Positions 13,176 to 26,700 of a stretch of DNA of 64,000 nucleotides are shown piece after piece. The stretch is from Octopus sinensis (lineage: Eukaryota), in NCBI RefSeq assembly GCF_006345805.1, contig NC_043025.1, forward strand, positions 12,524,001 through 12,588,000, read 5' to 3'. The notes below the pieces were generated by a model. The model was not told the origin of the DNA. It saw only the letters and a program-made list of their open reading frames with translations, and did no database searches. The position numbers and the translations under genes were made by a program. Position 1 is the stretch's first letter. Each line of letters starts with the position of its first letter.

Positions 13176-15871
13176 TAGGCGCAGGAGTGGCTGTGTGGTA
13201 AGTAGCTTGCTAACCAACCACATGGTTCTGGGTTCAGTCCCACTGCGTGACACCTTGGGCAAGTGTCTTCTGCTATAGCCTCGGGCCGACCAATGCCTTG
13301 TGAGTGGATTTGGTAGACGGAAACTGAAAGAAGCCCGTCGTATATATGTACATATATACATGTATGTGTGTATGTGTGTCTGTGTTTGTCCCCTTAGCAT
13401 TGCTTGACAACCGATGCTGGTGTGTTTACGTCCCCGTCACTTAGCGGTTCGGCAAAAGAGACCGATAGAATAAGTACTGGGCTTACAAAAGAATAAGTCC
13501 CGGGGTCGAGCTGCTCGATTAAAGGCGGTGCTCCAGCATGGCCACAGTCAAATGACTGAAACAAGTAAAAGAGTAAAAGAGAAAAGAGAGAGTACAAAAG
13601 ATTTTCCCCACCCTCACCTGACATTACAGCAACAAACATTTCGGGGCTTGTGCTCAGATTAGAAAAGATTATCGAGAGAGGTGAAATGTGTTCTTCCCTA
13701 CCTTGATGAAGTCCAGTTTCAGTGCTGCAGAATTCTGTAAAGCTACCAGAACATTCTTATGCCCGATACACGCTTCCAGGTAGTGGATACATAGTTGCTC
13801 CAGTCTGGTCATGTTGAACTGAAAATGAGGAGGGGAGAAAGAGAAATGATACATAGTTGTCAGTGGTTGTGGAATCGGTGAAGTTGGTGGTGTTAGTGGG
13901 TGACTGTAGTGTTGTGGTTGGTGCTTTGTTTGTTTGTTGAGTGAAGTGGTCTTCGTCCCAGAGCTCGCAAGATCACGCCTCTGTAGTGGGAGAAGTCCGA
14001 AACGTGGTCCTTTGCTATTTGTAAGACCCGCAGAAGAGAAAGCAGGTCAACCCCCGACTCACCGAGAGCATTGACGGATGGATGAATGCGCATCCAGGCT
14101 CAGCGGTTGCGTTTGTTGAGTGAAGCTGTCTTCGTCCCAGAGCTTGCAAGTAGTGGGAGAAGTCCGAAACGTGGTCCTTTGCTATTCGTAAGACCCGCAG
14201 AAGAGAAAGTGGGTAAACCCCCCTGACACCGAGAGCATCGACGGATGGATGAATGTGCATCCAGGCTCAGCGGTTGCATAGGAAGTCGGGGACAAGAAAC
14301 AGGAAGAAAGAGTGAGAGAGAAAGTTGGGGCGAAAGAGTACAACAGGGATCGCCATCACCCCCTGCCGGAGCCTCGTGGAGCTTTTAGGTGTTTTCGCTC
14401 AATAAACACACACAACGCCCAGTCTGGGAATCGAAACTGTGATCCTCCAACCGTGAGTCCGCTGCCCTAACCACTGGGCCATTGCGCCTCCACTTGTGGT
14501 CGGTGATGGCGTTGGTGGGGTTGTTGGTGATGGTGTTGTATTGGTTGTAGAGGCATTGTTTGTAGTGGTGTTGGTGGTGGTGGAGGTGTTGGCGGTGTTG
14601 TTTGTCTTAGTGGGGTGTTGTTGTTGGTTGTAGTGGAGGTGATGTTCTTGTTGTTGTTAAGCAACAAGATGGGTAATGGTGATTAGGTGAAGGTCTAGGG
14701 CTTAGGGGCAGGAGACCCCAGACCATGGGAAAAAAAAAACTTGTCTTGTTGTAGTCGAGGGCTCTTCGTTGACGCTCAACACCACTGGGAGTGGCTCTCA
14801 AAGTCGCTGGAAATGGAGATCTCCAGGTCCAAATTCTTGGAGGGCTGTTGTTGCTGTTGGCAGATGTAGTGGCATTGTTTGTAGTGGTGTTGGTGGTAGT
14901 GTTGGTAATTGTGATAAGTTAAAAATATATATTCAACAACAATAACAACAGTGGAGGTACATGGTCTAGTGGTTAGGGTGTCAGAATCATGATCCTAAGA
15001 TTGTGGTTTCAATTCCTGGACCGGGCGACGCGTTGTGTTCTTGAGCAAAACACTTCATTTCACGTTGCTCCAGTCCACTCAGCTGGCAAAAATGAGTAAC
15101 GCTGCGATGGACTGGTGTCCCGTCCAGCTGGGGAACACATATGCCATAGAAACCGGGAAACCGGGCCCATGAGCCTGGCTAGGCTTTAAAAGGGTGTATT
15201 TATTATTGTGGAGGCGCGTGGCTTGGTGGTTAAGGTGTCAGCATCATGATCGTAAGATTGTGGTTTCGATTGCTGGACTGGGCGACGCGTTGTGTTCTTG
15301 AGCAAAACACTTCATTTCACGTTGCTCCAGTCCACTCAGCTGGCAAAAATGAGTAACGCTGCGATGGACTGGTGTCCCGTCCAGCTGGGGAACACATACG
15401 CCATCGAAACCGGGAAACCGGGCCCATGAGCCTGGCTAGGCTTTAAAAGGGCACATTTATGTATTTATTAACAACAACAACAACACTCACCTGTACAGAA
15501 AGCCGGTAAACATCCATCATCAACAGAATTACTTCATTGCTCGTTGGCTCTTGACCTGTAACAACAATATATACCCCTATATAAACACACAGATTTAAGG
15601 CAATGAGCTGGCAGAATGGTTAGCATGCCGGGCAAAATGCCGAGTGGCATTTCATCTGTCTTTACATTTTAAGTTCAAGTTCCGCCAAGACACCAACACT
15701 GGTTGTATATATATATATAAGTATGTATATATATATATATTTTATATGTGTTTTATTCTGTATTATTCTGTTTGATCTGGATGTTCCTAAATAATTAGAT
15801 AATAAATTATATGAATTGGTATTATCTAGTAGTTGATGATTGATTAAATCTATTCCTCCTTTTTCTTATTT

Positions 15872-15907
<36 letters not shown>

Positions 15908-17752
15908 AATTGAGATATGGGTTGTAAATGCAACCCTCCATGGGATAACATATATCCAATATACTGCTAGTGAAGTACCCAATAAAGTTAATACATAAAT
16001 GTTAAGGATTGCGATGCAATCAATTCATTTACTGTATTATATGGGCAAAGGTAAAATGTTTTACCACAAATTACTAATACAAGATAAGAAAATGGAGAAA
16101 TACACCTTAATCAATTATCAACTACCAGATAATACTCAATCACATAATTTATTAAACCACTACGTAAGAAACTATAAGGTTAAACATAATAATGCAGGGT
16201 AAAACAGTGTACATGAAGGAGTGTACATAAAAGAGTAATGTTATACAATAAGTAGTTATAGTTTCTTATGTAGTGGTTTAATAAATTATGTGATTGAGTA
16301 TTATCTGGTAGTTGATATTTGATTTCGATGTATTTCTCCATTTTTTTATTTTATAGATATATATATATAAATGGAATATGAGTTTGTAGTTGGAGGTTAC
16401 TACTGACCTTTCTGCGTCGGGTGGATGCGGTCAGTGTAGATGTAGGACAGAACCATCTCAAAGGCTTTTGGGTTAGCATCAGGGACGGAAACCTTGAGTT
16501 TCCCAGCCATTTCTTTACTGCAGAGGGGCAACTGTTGCTGAAAGAGAAGAGAGAGATCGAGTCTGAGACAGTGTTAAATAACAAGCCTAACACTTTTGTG
16601 AGTGTGAGAGAGGGGGTTCATATGGCCCTTGGGGGTCCACATGAGATTTTGTTGTTAAAATTCAAGTGCAACAAATTGTTTATATTTCTACAATACGCAA
16701 AATATTTAACCCTTTAGCATTTAGACTAGCCATAGACGTAGGAGTGGCTGTGTGGTAAATAGATTGCTTATGAACCACATGGTTCCGGGTTCAGTCCCAC
16801 TGCGTGGCACCTTGGGCAAGTGTCTTCTTCTATAGCCTCGGGCCAACCAAGGCCTTGGGAGTGGATTTGGTAGACAGGAACTGAAAGAAGCCCGTTGTAT
16901 ATATGTATATATATACATACAAAATTTAGAGGACTGACCACTAAAAATGGACAGTCTATATGCTAGATATAGACGTCAAAAATCACCATTTTTCACTAAG
17001 AATGTGTTCCCAAGAAAAAACTCGGCAAAAAAAACCCAATGTGTAAAAATAAGCAAGGTAAATGAAAATATAAAATTTTAAATTATATATATAGGTATGT
17101 GTGTGTGTGTATGTTTGTGTTTGTCCCCCCAACGTTACTGCGTGCAAACCCACAGCCGCAATGCAGTTTTCCACAAGTAATTAACTTTAAAACTAAACGT
17201 TTATTACTCAGAGATTTTCTATAGAGAAAGAAACACCAGCAAAGGCAACGCGACAGACATTATGATGATGACAATGATGGTGGTGGTGGTGATAGTAGTG
17301 GTAGTTGTGCTGGAGCTAGAGGGTGGTGGTGTGATGGTGATGATGATGATGACAATGGTACATACCTGGGTGTCGTCTGTTTGGTATTTGGCAGCATCAA
17401 CAGCCGTTATCTCCTGCATCTGGAAAAAGACACAAAATTGGCCACAACCTTGAAAACGGGCTCAAAAAGGGGTCAAAGTTAATAAGAAGCAGGTGAACAT
17501 TTGAAAGATATCTTAAAACCCAATCAAATACCAGCCCACAAAAGCTTTGCCTGACTTTTTTAATTAACTCTGATTAATTGTAAGAATCACGTAATCAAGG
17601 CTTTTCGAAATAGGATTTACAAAATCAAAATGAACCCTAACTTTGAGAAGAATAAAGAAAAGGAGAAAAAGACATACATACACACATATATATATATATA
17701 TATGTATGTATATAAATAAATAAATGGAATTTAACAAGGGAAAAATACATAC

Positions 17753-17791
<39 letters not shown>

Positions 17792-20700
17792 TACACACAC
17801 ACACTCACACACATCTCACATCATCATTTAACGTCCGTCTTCCATGCAGGTATGGGTAGGACGGTTGATAGGAGCCGACCAGGTAAAAAAAAAAACACCC
17901 TAGGCATCTGAGCCTGTTTTGGCAAGGATTTTACGACTGGATGTCCTTCCTAACACCAAGGGTTTGGTGTCCAATGAAGGAAAGGTACGCATAAGTGGGC
18001 TGGTTACACCCCTAGCATAGGCCACGAGGTTATGGTCTCACTTGGTTTGCCGAGTCTTCTCACGCACAGCATATTTCCAAAGGTCTCGGTCACTAGTCAT
18101 TGCCTCGGTGAGGCCTAATGTTCGAAGGTCATGCTTCACCACTTCATCCCAGGTCTTCCTGGGTCTACCTCTTCCACAGTTTCCCTCAACCGCTAGGGTG
18201 TGACACTTTTTCACACAACTATCTTCATCCATTCTCGCCACATGACCATACCAGTGCAGTCGTCTCTCTTGCACACCACATCTAATGCTTCTTAAGTCCA
18301 ACTTTTCTCTCAAGTTACTTACACTCTGTCAAGTATGCACACTAACATTACACATCCATCGGAGCATACTGGCTTCATTTCTTGCGAGCTTACGCATGTC
18401 CTCAGCAATCACGGCCCATGTTTCACTGCCATGTAGCATGGCTGTTCGTACACATGCATCATACAGTCTACCTTTTACTCTGAGCGAGAAGTCCTTTGTC
18501 ACCAGCAGAAGTAAGAGCTCTCTGAACTTTGCCTGGGCTATTCTTATTCTAGCAGCTACACTTTCAGAGCACACCCCACCTGGTACTGACTCCTCATCTA
18601 GGTAATCATCATCATCATCATCGTCATCATTTAGCATCCGCTTTCCATGCTAGCATGGGTTGGACGGTTCAACTGGGGTCTGGGAAGCCAGAAGGCTGCA
18701 TCAGGCCTAGTCTGATCTGGCAGTGTTTCTACGGCTGGATGCCCTTCCTAACGCCAACCACTCCGTGAGTGTAGTGGGTGCTTTTTATGTGCCACCTGCA
18801 CAAGTGCCAGGCGAGGCTGGCAAACGGCCACGAACGGATGGTGCTACGTGCCACCGGCATGGGGGCCAGGCGAGGCTGGCAACGGCCACGAACTGATGGT
18901 GCTACGTGCCACCGGCATGGGGGCCAGGCGAGGCTGGCAACGGCCACGATCGGATGATTCGTTTACTTGTCACTGACACTGGTATCACAGCTGCAATTTC
19001 CATTGATGTTGATCGACTTCGATTTTGGTTCTGCTTTCTGATATCTGATTTGATTTGGTTTGATTTTGATTTATATATATATATCCTACATTGTTAAGTG
19101 TCTCAGTAAAAAAAATCAAACCCCTGAAGTGACCAAAGTGTAGTGGACTTACCAATTGGGTCCGGGCCCTTTTAATCTTTGTTTTCAACAGGGGAGAACG
19201 GGCGGCCACCAGAGCTATATGAGCAGGAATCTCTACCTTTTCCTGAAAAATTAGAACAAAAAAAAGGCACTGTTGACCATTCACTATAGATTGGTTTCAA
19301 AGTAGGGCACAAGGCCAACAAGTTTAGGGAACAGGCAAGTCCTCAGTGTTTAGCTAGTCCTTATTTCACTGACCCTGAAAGGATAAAAGGCAAAGTTGAC
19401 CTCAGTGGAATTTGAACTCAGAACATGGACGATTGCTGGTCTTCCGCAAAACAGCCTTGCCTGGACTTGTGCCTCAGCAGGGAACTTTCTAGGTGCAATC
19501 CCATGATTGTTTATGACCAGGGGATCTTTACCCTTAACCTGTATGTATGTTTCAGTAAGGATAGGTAAAGTGTCAGCAGAAGTTCCCCATTACCTTCTGC
19601 CGGAGCCGCATGGAGCTTAGGTGTTTTCGCTCATAAACACACACATCGCCCGGTCTGAGATTCGAACCCGCTATCCCTCAACCACGAGTCCGCTGCTCTA
19701 ACCACTAGGCCATGTGCCTTCAGCTGAGTGAACTGGAGGAACGTGAATTAAAGGGTGTTGCTCGAGAACACGACACGCAGCCCGTTCTGGGAATCGAACT
19801 CACAATTGCACAGTTGTAAGCTGGATGACCTAACCACTGGACAATGTGCCTTCACACACTTTATATCATTAGAACACACGCACACACACACACTCTCTCT
19901 CTCTGTCCTTACCGATCCCACGATGAAGGAAACATCACAGAACTGATGACTTTCCAGCAGACGTTCATAATCTTCATGAAGGGTACACTTTGGGTAACTG
20001 GAGAACTGCAAAAAGAGGAGAAAAAGAGAAAAAAAAAGGGCCATTCTTTAAAAAATAATTTTCACCTTTTAATAGCAAAGTTTAAAACTTGTGAGTTCAA
20101 AATAATTTTGGTTGGCTGGCTGGCTTCATGCACTTGTCTGATGGGGCTTGGGTCCCAAATTAGTGGTCCCAGATGTGAATCATGTGTAGAGCCATCAAGG
20201 TTCACCAGTGCTTGCCATTACTGACAATCCCATACTAGCTCCTCGGTGAGCCTTTGGAGATTTTCCCCAATCACATCCAGCCATCTGGTGTGGGGTCTGC
20301 CACTGCGGAAGTCCTGCTGGCGCTGTGGCTCAATCTCCCAGAAGACAAAGCTCCACATCTACAATGCATTGGTCTTCTCAATTTTCCTCTATGGAGCAGA
20401 AACACGGCCCCTCAAAGGCGGTGAGCTGGCAGAACCGTTAGCACGCCGGGCGAAATGCTTAGCAGTACTTTGTCTGCTGCTACGTTCTGAGTTCAAATTC
20501 CGCCGAGGTCGACTTTGCCTTTCATCCTTTCGGAGTCGATAAATTAAGTACCAGTTACGCACTGGGGTTGATGTAATCGACTTAATCCCTTTGTCTGTCC
20601 TTGTTTGTTCCCTCTGTTTGGCCTCTTGTGGGCCGTAAAGAAATAAGAAATGTGGCCCCTCTTGAAGACCCTGGCAATGAGGACTGACAGCTTTGACAGC

Positions 20701-23700
20701 AGGTCTGAAAACCATTAAGAACATTAGACAATACCATTATGTTTCCAATGAAGAAATGTTTGTGCACATGCACCAGCTCATAGCCTCCTACCTCATAGCT
20801 ATCTGTTGCATGTGCTGGTACAGACACATCCTCAATCTCCCACTTGATTATCCTACAAAGGTTTACTCTCAAAATTATTTTACTGGATTTTAATGTAAAA
20901 CTTATAAAATATAGGAGTGACTGTGTGGTAAGTAGCTTGCTTAAGAACCACATGGTTCTGGGTTCAGTCCCACTGCGTGGCACCTTGGGCAAGTGTCTTC
21001 TACAACAGCCTCAGGCCGACCAAAGCCTTGTGAGTGGATTTGGCAGACGGAAACTGAAAGAAGCCTGTCTTATATATGTATGTATATGTGTGTGTGTGTT
21101 TGTCCCCCCAACATCGCTTGACAACCGATGCTGGTGTGTTTATGTCCCTGTTACTTAGCAGCTCAGCAAGAGAACCGATAGAATAAGTACTAGGCTTACA
21201 GAGAACAAGTCCTGGGGTTCATTTGCTTGACTAAAGGCGGTGCTCCAGCATGGCCACAGTCAAAATGACTGAAAAGAGTAAAAGAGTATACTAAGGTCAA
21301 TGTGTGCGAATGCATGTGTGTGTGTATGCGTGTACATGTTAATCCCTTACCTGGAATCTGTATATCTCTCCACTGCGGACATTATTGTCCACGGTGCCGC
21401 CAAATATATACATCGCATCTGCAACAACAGCAGCAGCATGAAACAAGCGTCCAGTCGGTACCTGCAACGAGAAGCATGAAAACCATTCTCTGTGAGAAAA
21501 GACGTAACAACAACAACAAATACCTCTGAAAAACCTAAACCTTGTTTATAATACGCACCCCTTCTCTAAATTGAGTCAAGGAGGTCTATATAACGTCCTT
21601 GGTTTGTAAAACTGTATACGGTAACGTCCTTTATTATTATTGTATATATAACATAAGGCAAACGTGTATACGCACGGGATTTTTAGGAGGTTGTACCTCT
21701 GAAAGACCTAAACCTTGTGTATAATACGCACCCCTTCTCTAACTTGAGTCAAGGAGGTCTATATAAGGTCCTTGGTTTGTAAAAATGTATACGGTAACGT
21801 CCTTTATTATTATTGTATATATAACATAATGGCAAACGTGTATACGCAGGGGATTTTTAGGGGGCTTGTACTCTGGAAAACTAAACCTTGTGTATAATAC
21901 GCACCCCTTCTCTAACTTGAGTCAAGGAGGTCTATATACCGTCCTTGGTTTGTAAAAATGTATATATGGTAACGTCCTTTATTATTATTGTATATATAAC
22001 ATAATGAAACGTGTATACGCAGGGGATGTTTAGGGGGCTGTACCGCTTGAAAAACCTAACCTTGTGTATAATACGCACCCCTTCTCTAACTTGAGTCAAG
22101 GAGGTCTATATAACGTCCTTGGTTTGTAAAAATGTATACAGTAACGTCCTTTATTATTATTGTATATATAACATAATGCAAACGTGTATACGCAGGGGAT
22201 GTTTAGGGGGCTGTACCTCTGGAAAACCTAGACCTTGTGTATAATACGCACCCCTTCTCTAACTTGAGTCAAGGAGGTCTATATACCGTCCTTGGTTTGT
22301 AAAAGTGTATATGGTAACGTCCTTTATTATTATTGTATATATAACATAATGCAAACGTGTATACGCAGGGGATGTTTAGGGGGCTGTACCTCTGAAAACC
22401 TAAACCTTGTGTATAATACGCACCCCTTCTCTAACTTGAGTCAAGGAGGTCTATATACCGTCCTTGGTTTGTAAAAGTGTATATGGTAACGTCCTTTATT
22501 ATTATTGTATATATAACATAATGCAAACGTGTATACGCAGGGGATGTTTAGGGGGCTGTACCTCTGAAAGACCTAAACCTTTGTATAATACGCACCCCTT
22601 CTCTAATTGAGTCAAGGAGGTCTATATACCGTCCTTGGTTTGTAAAAGTGTATAGGGTAACGTCCTTTATTATTATTGTAATATAACATAATGCAAACGT
22701 GTATACGCAGGGGATGTTTAGCGGGGCTGGACCTCTGAAAATCCTAAACCTTGTGTATAATACGCACCCCTTCTCTAATTGAGTCAAGGAGGTCTATAAC
22801 GTCCTTGGTTTGTAAAAATGTATACAGTAACGTCCTTTATTATTATTGTATATATAACATAATGCAAACGTGTATACGCAGGGGATGTTTTGGGGGCTGT
22901 ACCTCTGGAAAACCTAGACTTGTGTATAAAAGCACCCCTTCTCTAACTTGAGTACAAGGAGTCTATATACCGTCCTGGTTTGTAAAAGTGTATATGGTAA
23001 CGTCCTTTATATTATTGTATATATAACATAATGCAAACGTGTATACGCAGGGGATTTTTAGGGGGCTGTACCTCTGGAAATAATGCAAACGTGTAGCTTT
23101 TTTTATGCATTTTGTTTGCAGAAAATAAAGAAATAACAGTAATGTCGGCTTTGACGGTAAAGGGGAGATAATCCCCATTGTTTACATCAGTATCATTGCT
23201 CCCTCCATATTTTAAAGAGGCTATAGGCCAACAGCTCTCAGGGTCTGAAAATACGCCATAAAGGTACCCTCTATGGCGAGAAACACAGGGTAACCCTATA
23301 AACTAGCCTTCACCAGTAATAAATATATATATATATATAGGCGCAGGAGTGGCTGTGTGGTAAGTAGCTTGCTAACCAGCCACATGGTTCCGGGTTCAGT
23401 CCTACTGCGTGGCACCTTGGGTAAGTGTCTTCTGCTATAGCCCCGGGCCGACCAATGCCTTGTGAGTGGATTTGGTAGACGGAAACTGAAAGAAGCCCGT
23501 CGTATATATGTATATACGTATGTGTTTGTGTGTCTGTATTCGTCCCCCTAGCATCGCTTGACAACCGATGCTGGTGTGTTTATGTCCCCGTCACTTAGCG
23601 GTTCGGCAAAAGAGACCAGCAGAATAAGTACTGGGCTTACAAAAGAATAAGTCCCGGGGTCGAGATGCTCGATTAAAGGCGGTGCTCCAGCATGGCCGCA

Positions 23701-26700
23701 GTCAAATGACTGAAACAAGTAAAAGAGTAAAAGAGTAAAGAGTATATATATATATATATATATATGCACACACATACAAACATGGCAGGGTTCAATATGA
23801 TAATGACAGGAACGTTCCAAGCTGGAGCAGCTTTTGTCAGTCCCAATCAAGACAACTAAGTTACCCTCTACGTGGTGGGTCCACTTGCTGGAAATAACTG
23901 CCGCATCTCTCTCAGATCACATCCTGTTGTCTTCAAATAAAGGAGGGACACATTGGATAACATAGTCTCTGACATTTAAAAAAAAAACAAGGAAGTAGTT
24001 TTGATTATAAGCCTGCCTCAATCAGGCTTAGCCTAGGGTTAAACAACAACACCGATAAAGATAAGAGATCTATTGTGGTTTTACCTGACTATCTCTGGAA
24101 GGTTCTATCACTGACCAGGTTTGGGAATCCAAATCAAAACTAGAAAGAGAGAGAGAGAAATGGTGTAACAGGCAGACATCATCATAGAATAATATACACA
24201 CATATAGACAAATAATATATGAGGGTGAGTCAAAAAGTAATGCCATTTTGATTAGGACAGGTATAATTACCAACACAGGAACATGTGTCATAAGGCGGCG
24301 AGCTGGCAGAATCGTTAGCACACTGGACGAAATGCGTAGCAATACTTCATCTGCCGCTATGTTCTGAGTTCAAATTCTGCCGAGGTCGAAATTTATTGAC
24401 CTCCTTTCAGGGTCAATAAATTAAGTACCAGTAACGCACTGGAGTCGATGTAATCAACTTAATCCGCATCTCTGTCCTTGTTTGTAATCAAGGATGTAAT
24501 CAACTTAATCCCTTTGTCTGTCCCCTCTATGTTTAGCCCCTTGTGGGCAATAAAGAAATATATATATATATATTCATGTATTTCATCTGTCATTATGTTC
24601 TGAGTTCAAATTCCGCCAAGGTCGACTTTGCCTTTCATCCTTTCAGGGTCAATAAATTAAGTACCAGTTACACACTGGGGCCGATGTAATCAACTCAATC
24701 CCTTTGTCTGTCCTTGTTTGTCCTCTCTATGTTTAGCCCCTTGTGGGCAATAAAGAAATAAGAAACCATCTAACCCATGTCAGTATGAAAAGCAGATGTT
24801 AAATGATGACAATGATTGTTTTATTTTCAGAATGACATTGTAGGGTAGGTGTGAGAGGCTGGATCTGGTTGGTTTGAATGTAAAACAGGTAAATATTCAG
24901 GTGGGCTTTAAATGCTAAAGGGTTAAATCATGCAACCCTATTGTTTTATCAAAGATGACACCCAAGATGAAACAGTCCAAGATGGACAAGGATCTTTTCG
25001 GTTTGAACGGCAGTTTTTTCTAACGGTGTCATATGAAATTGTCACCCATAATTATGACCCTAGTATCGATCTATTCCATTTCAATCTCTTTTAGGGTTAG
25101 GGTTAGGGGTGGGGGGAAGGGTATCTTTTTTTCTTCACAAATGTAAATAAACCCAATCTGTTTCTTAAACGATGGACATATTCATACAGCACAGAATGTT
25201 TTCACCTCAATAGACGTCATTGATTGGTTGAAATTGAAGAAAAAAACCCACAAATATCTTACAAACTATAGAATTTTCTCAATAAAGCCAAGAGAAAAAG
25301 ATGTTTTATAAACACATTCTACCAGTATACGAAGTTTAAAGTTTTTTAGTTACGTGGAAATTATTTTACAAAACTGCCGGTCAAACCGAAAAGATCCCTG
25401 TTTCTTAAACGATGGACATATTCATACTGCACAGAATGTTTTTTAACTCAATAGACGTCAGTGATTGGTTGAAATTGCAGAAATTGAAGAAAAAAAACCC
25501 AACAAATATCTTAGAAACTACATAATTTTCTCAATAAAACCAAGAGAAAAAGATGTTTTATAAACACATTCTACCAGTATAAGAAGTTTAAAGTTTTTTA
25601 GTTACCTAGAAATTATGTTAAAAACTGCCGTTCAAACCGAAAAGATCCATGGACAATGATACAAAGCTTCAATGCTAGAAAACTGACAGGAGGGTAGCCA
25701 CAACTTCTTTTACTCACCAATGAAGGTCATTCGGTAGTGTTTGTCCAGTGGCGCCACCAAAGACGTAAAGGTGACGATCATAAGCAACCATGGTGTGGCC
25801 ATACCGCTTCTCGGGTGGAGGGGGTGCTCCCCGGAGGATGTGTTCTGTTGAGATAATCGTCCACCTGACAATAACAGAAATGAAACATTTATTAACAATC
25901 ATTTACATGGTAATTAAACATTGATTTGATGTTAATTAACCAGTGAGTTTTACATTCATTAGTGAGGTATTAATTAAAGCAATTACTCATTCATTGCACC
26001 CCATGTCAAATGTGGTGTGCACAAGAAAAAAACTGCACTGGTGCAGACACGAGCATGGCTGTGTGACATCTTGGGCAAGTGTCTTCTACTATAGCCTTGG
26101 GCCAACAAAAGCCTTGTGAGTGGATTTGGTAGACGGAAACTGAAAGAAGCCCATCGTATATATATATGTGTGTGTGTGTACTTATAAAGACCTGTTGAAC
26201 AGAATGAAATTGTAATTGTGGCCGATGCCAGTGGCATGTAAAAAGCACCATGTGAAGAAGGAGGAGGAGGAAGAAGGAAGAAGAAGGAGGAGGAGGAGGA
26301 AGAAGGAGGAGGAGGAAGAAGAAGAAGGAAGAAGAAAGAAGAAGAAGGAAGAAGAAGAAAGAAGAAGAAGAAGGACAGCAGCAGTAGCAACATCAGTAGA
26401 GGCGCAATGGCCCAGTGGTTAGGGCAGTGGACTTGCGGTCGGAGGATCGCAGTTTCGATTCCCAGACCGGGTGTTGTGTGTGTTTATTGAGCGAAAACAC
26501 CTAAAAGCTCCACGAGGCTCCGGCAGAGGGTGGTGGCGACCCCTGTTGTACTCTTTTGCTCCAACTTTCTCTCACTCTTTCTTCCTGTTTCTTGTCCCCG
26601 ACTTCCTACGCAACCGCTGAGCCTGGATGCGCATTCATCCATCCGTCGATGCTCTCGGTGTCGGGGGTGTTGACCGGCTTTCTCTTCTGCGGGTCTTATG

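Noticed and set aside
25091-25108. Interstitial telomere or chromosome-fusion scar
   Set aside because: Only three TTAGGG units, internal to a TIR- and TSD-bounded MITE.
26398-26470. tRNA gene
   Set aside because: A/B-box head of a SINE: no acceptor stem, and it continues into a repeated body. Same for the heads at 4072, 11341 and 14952.
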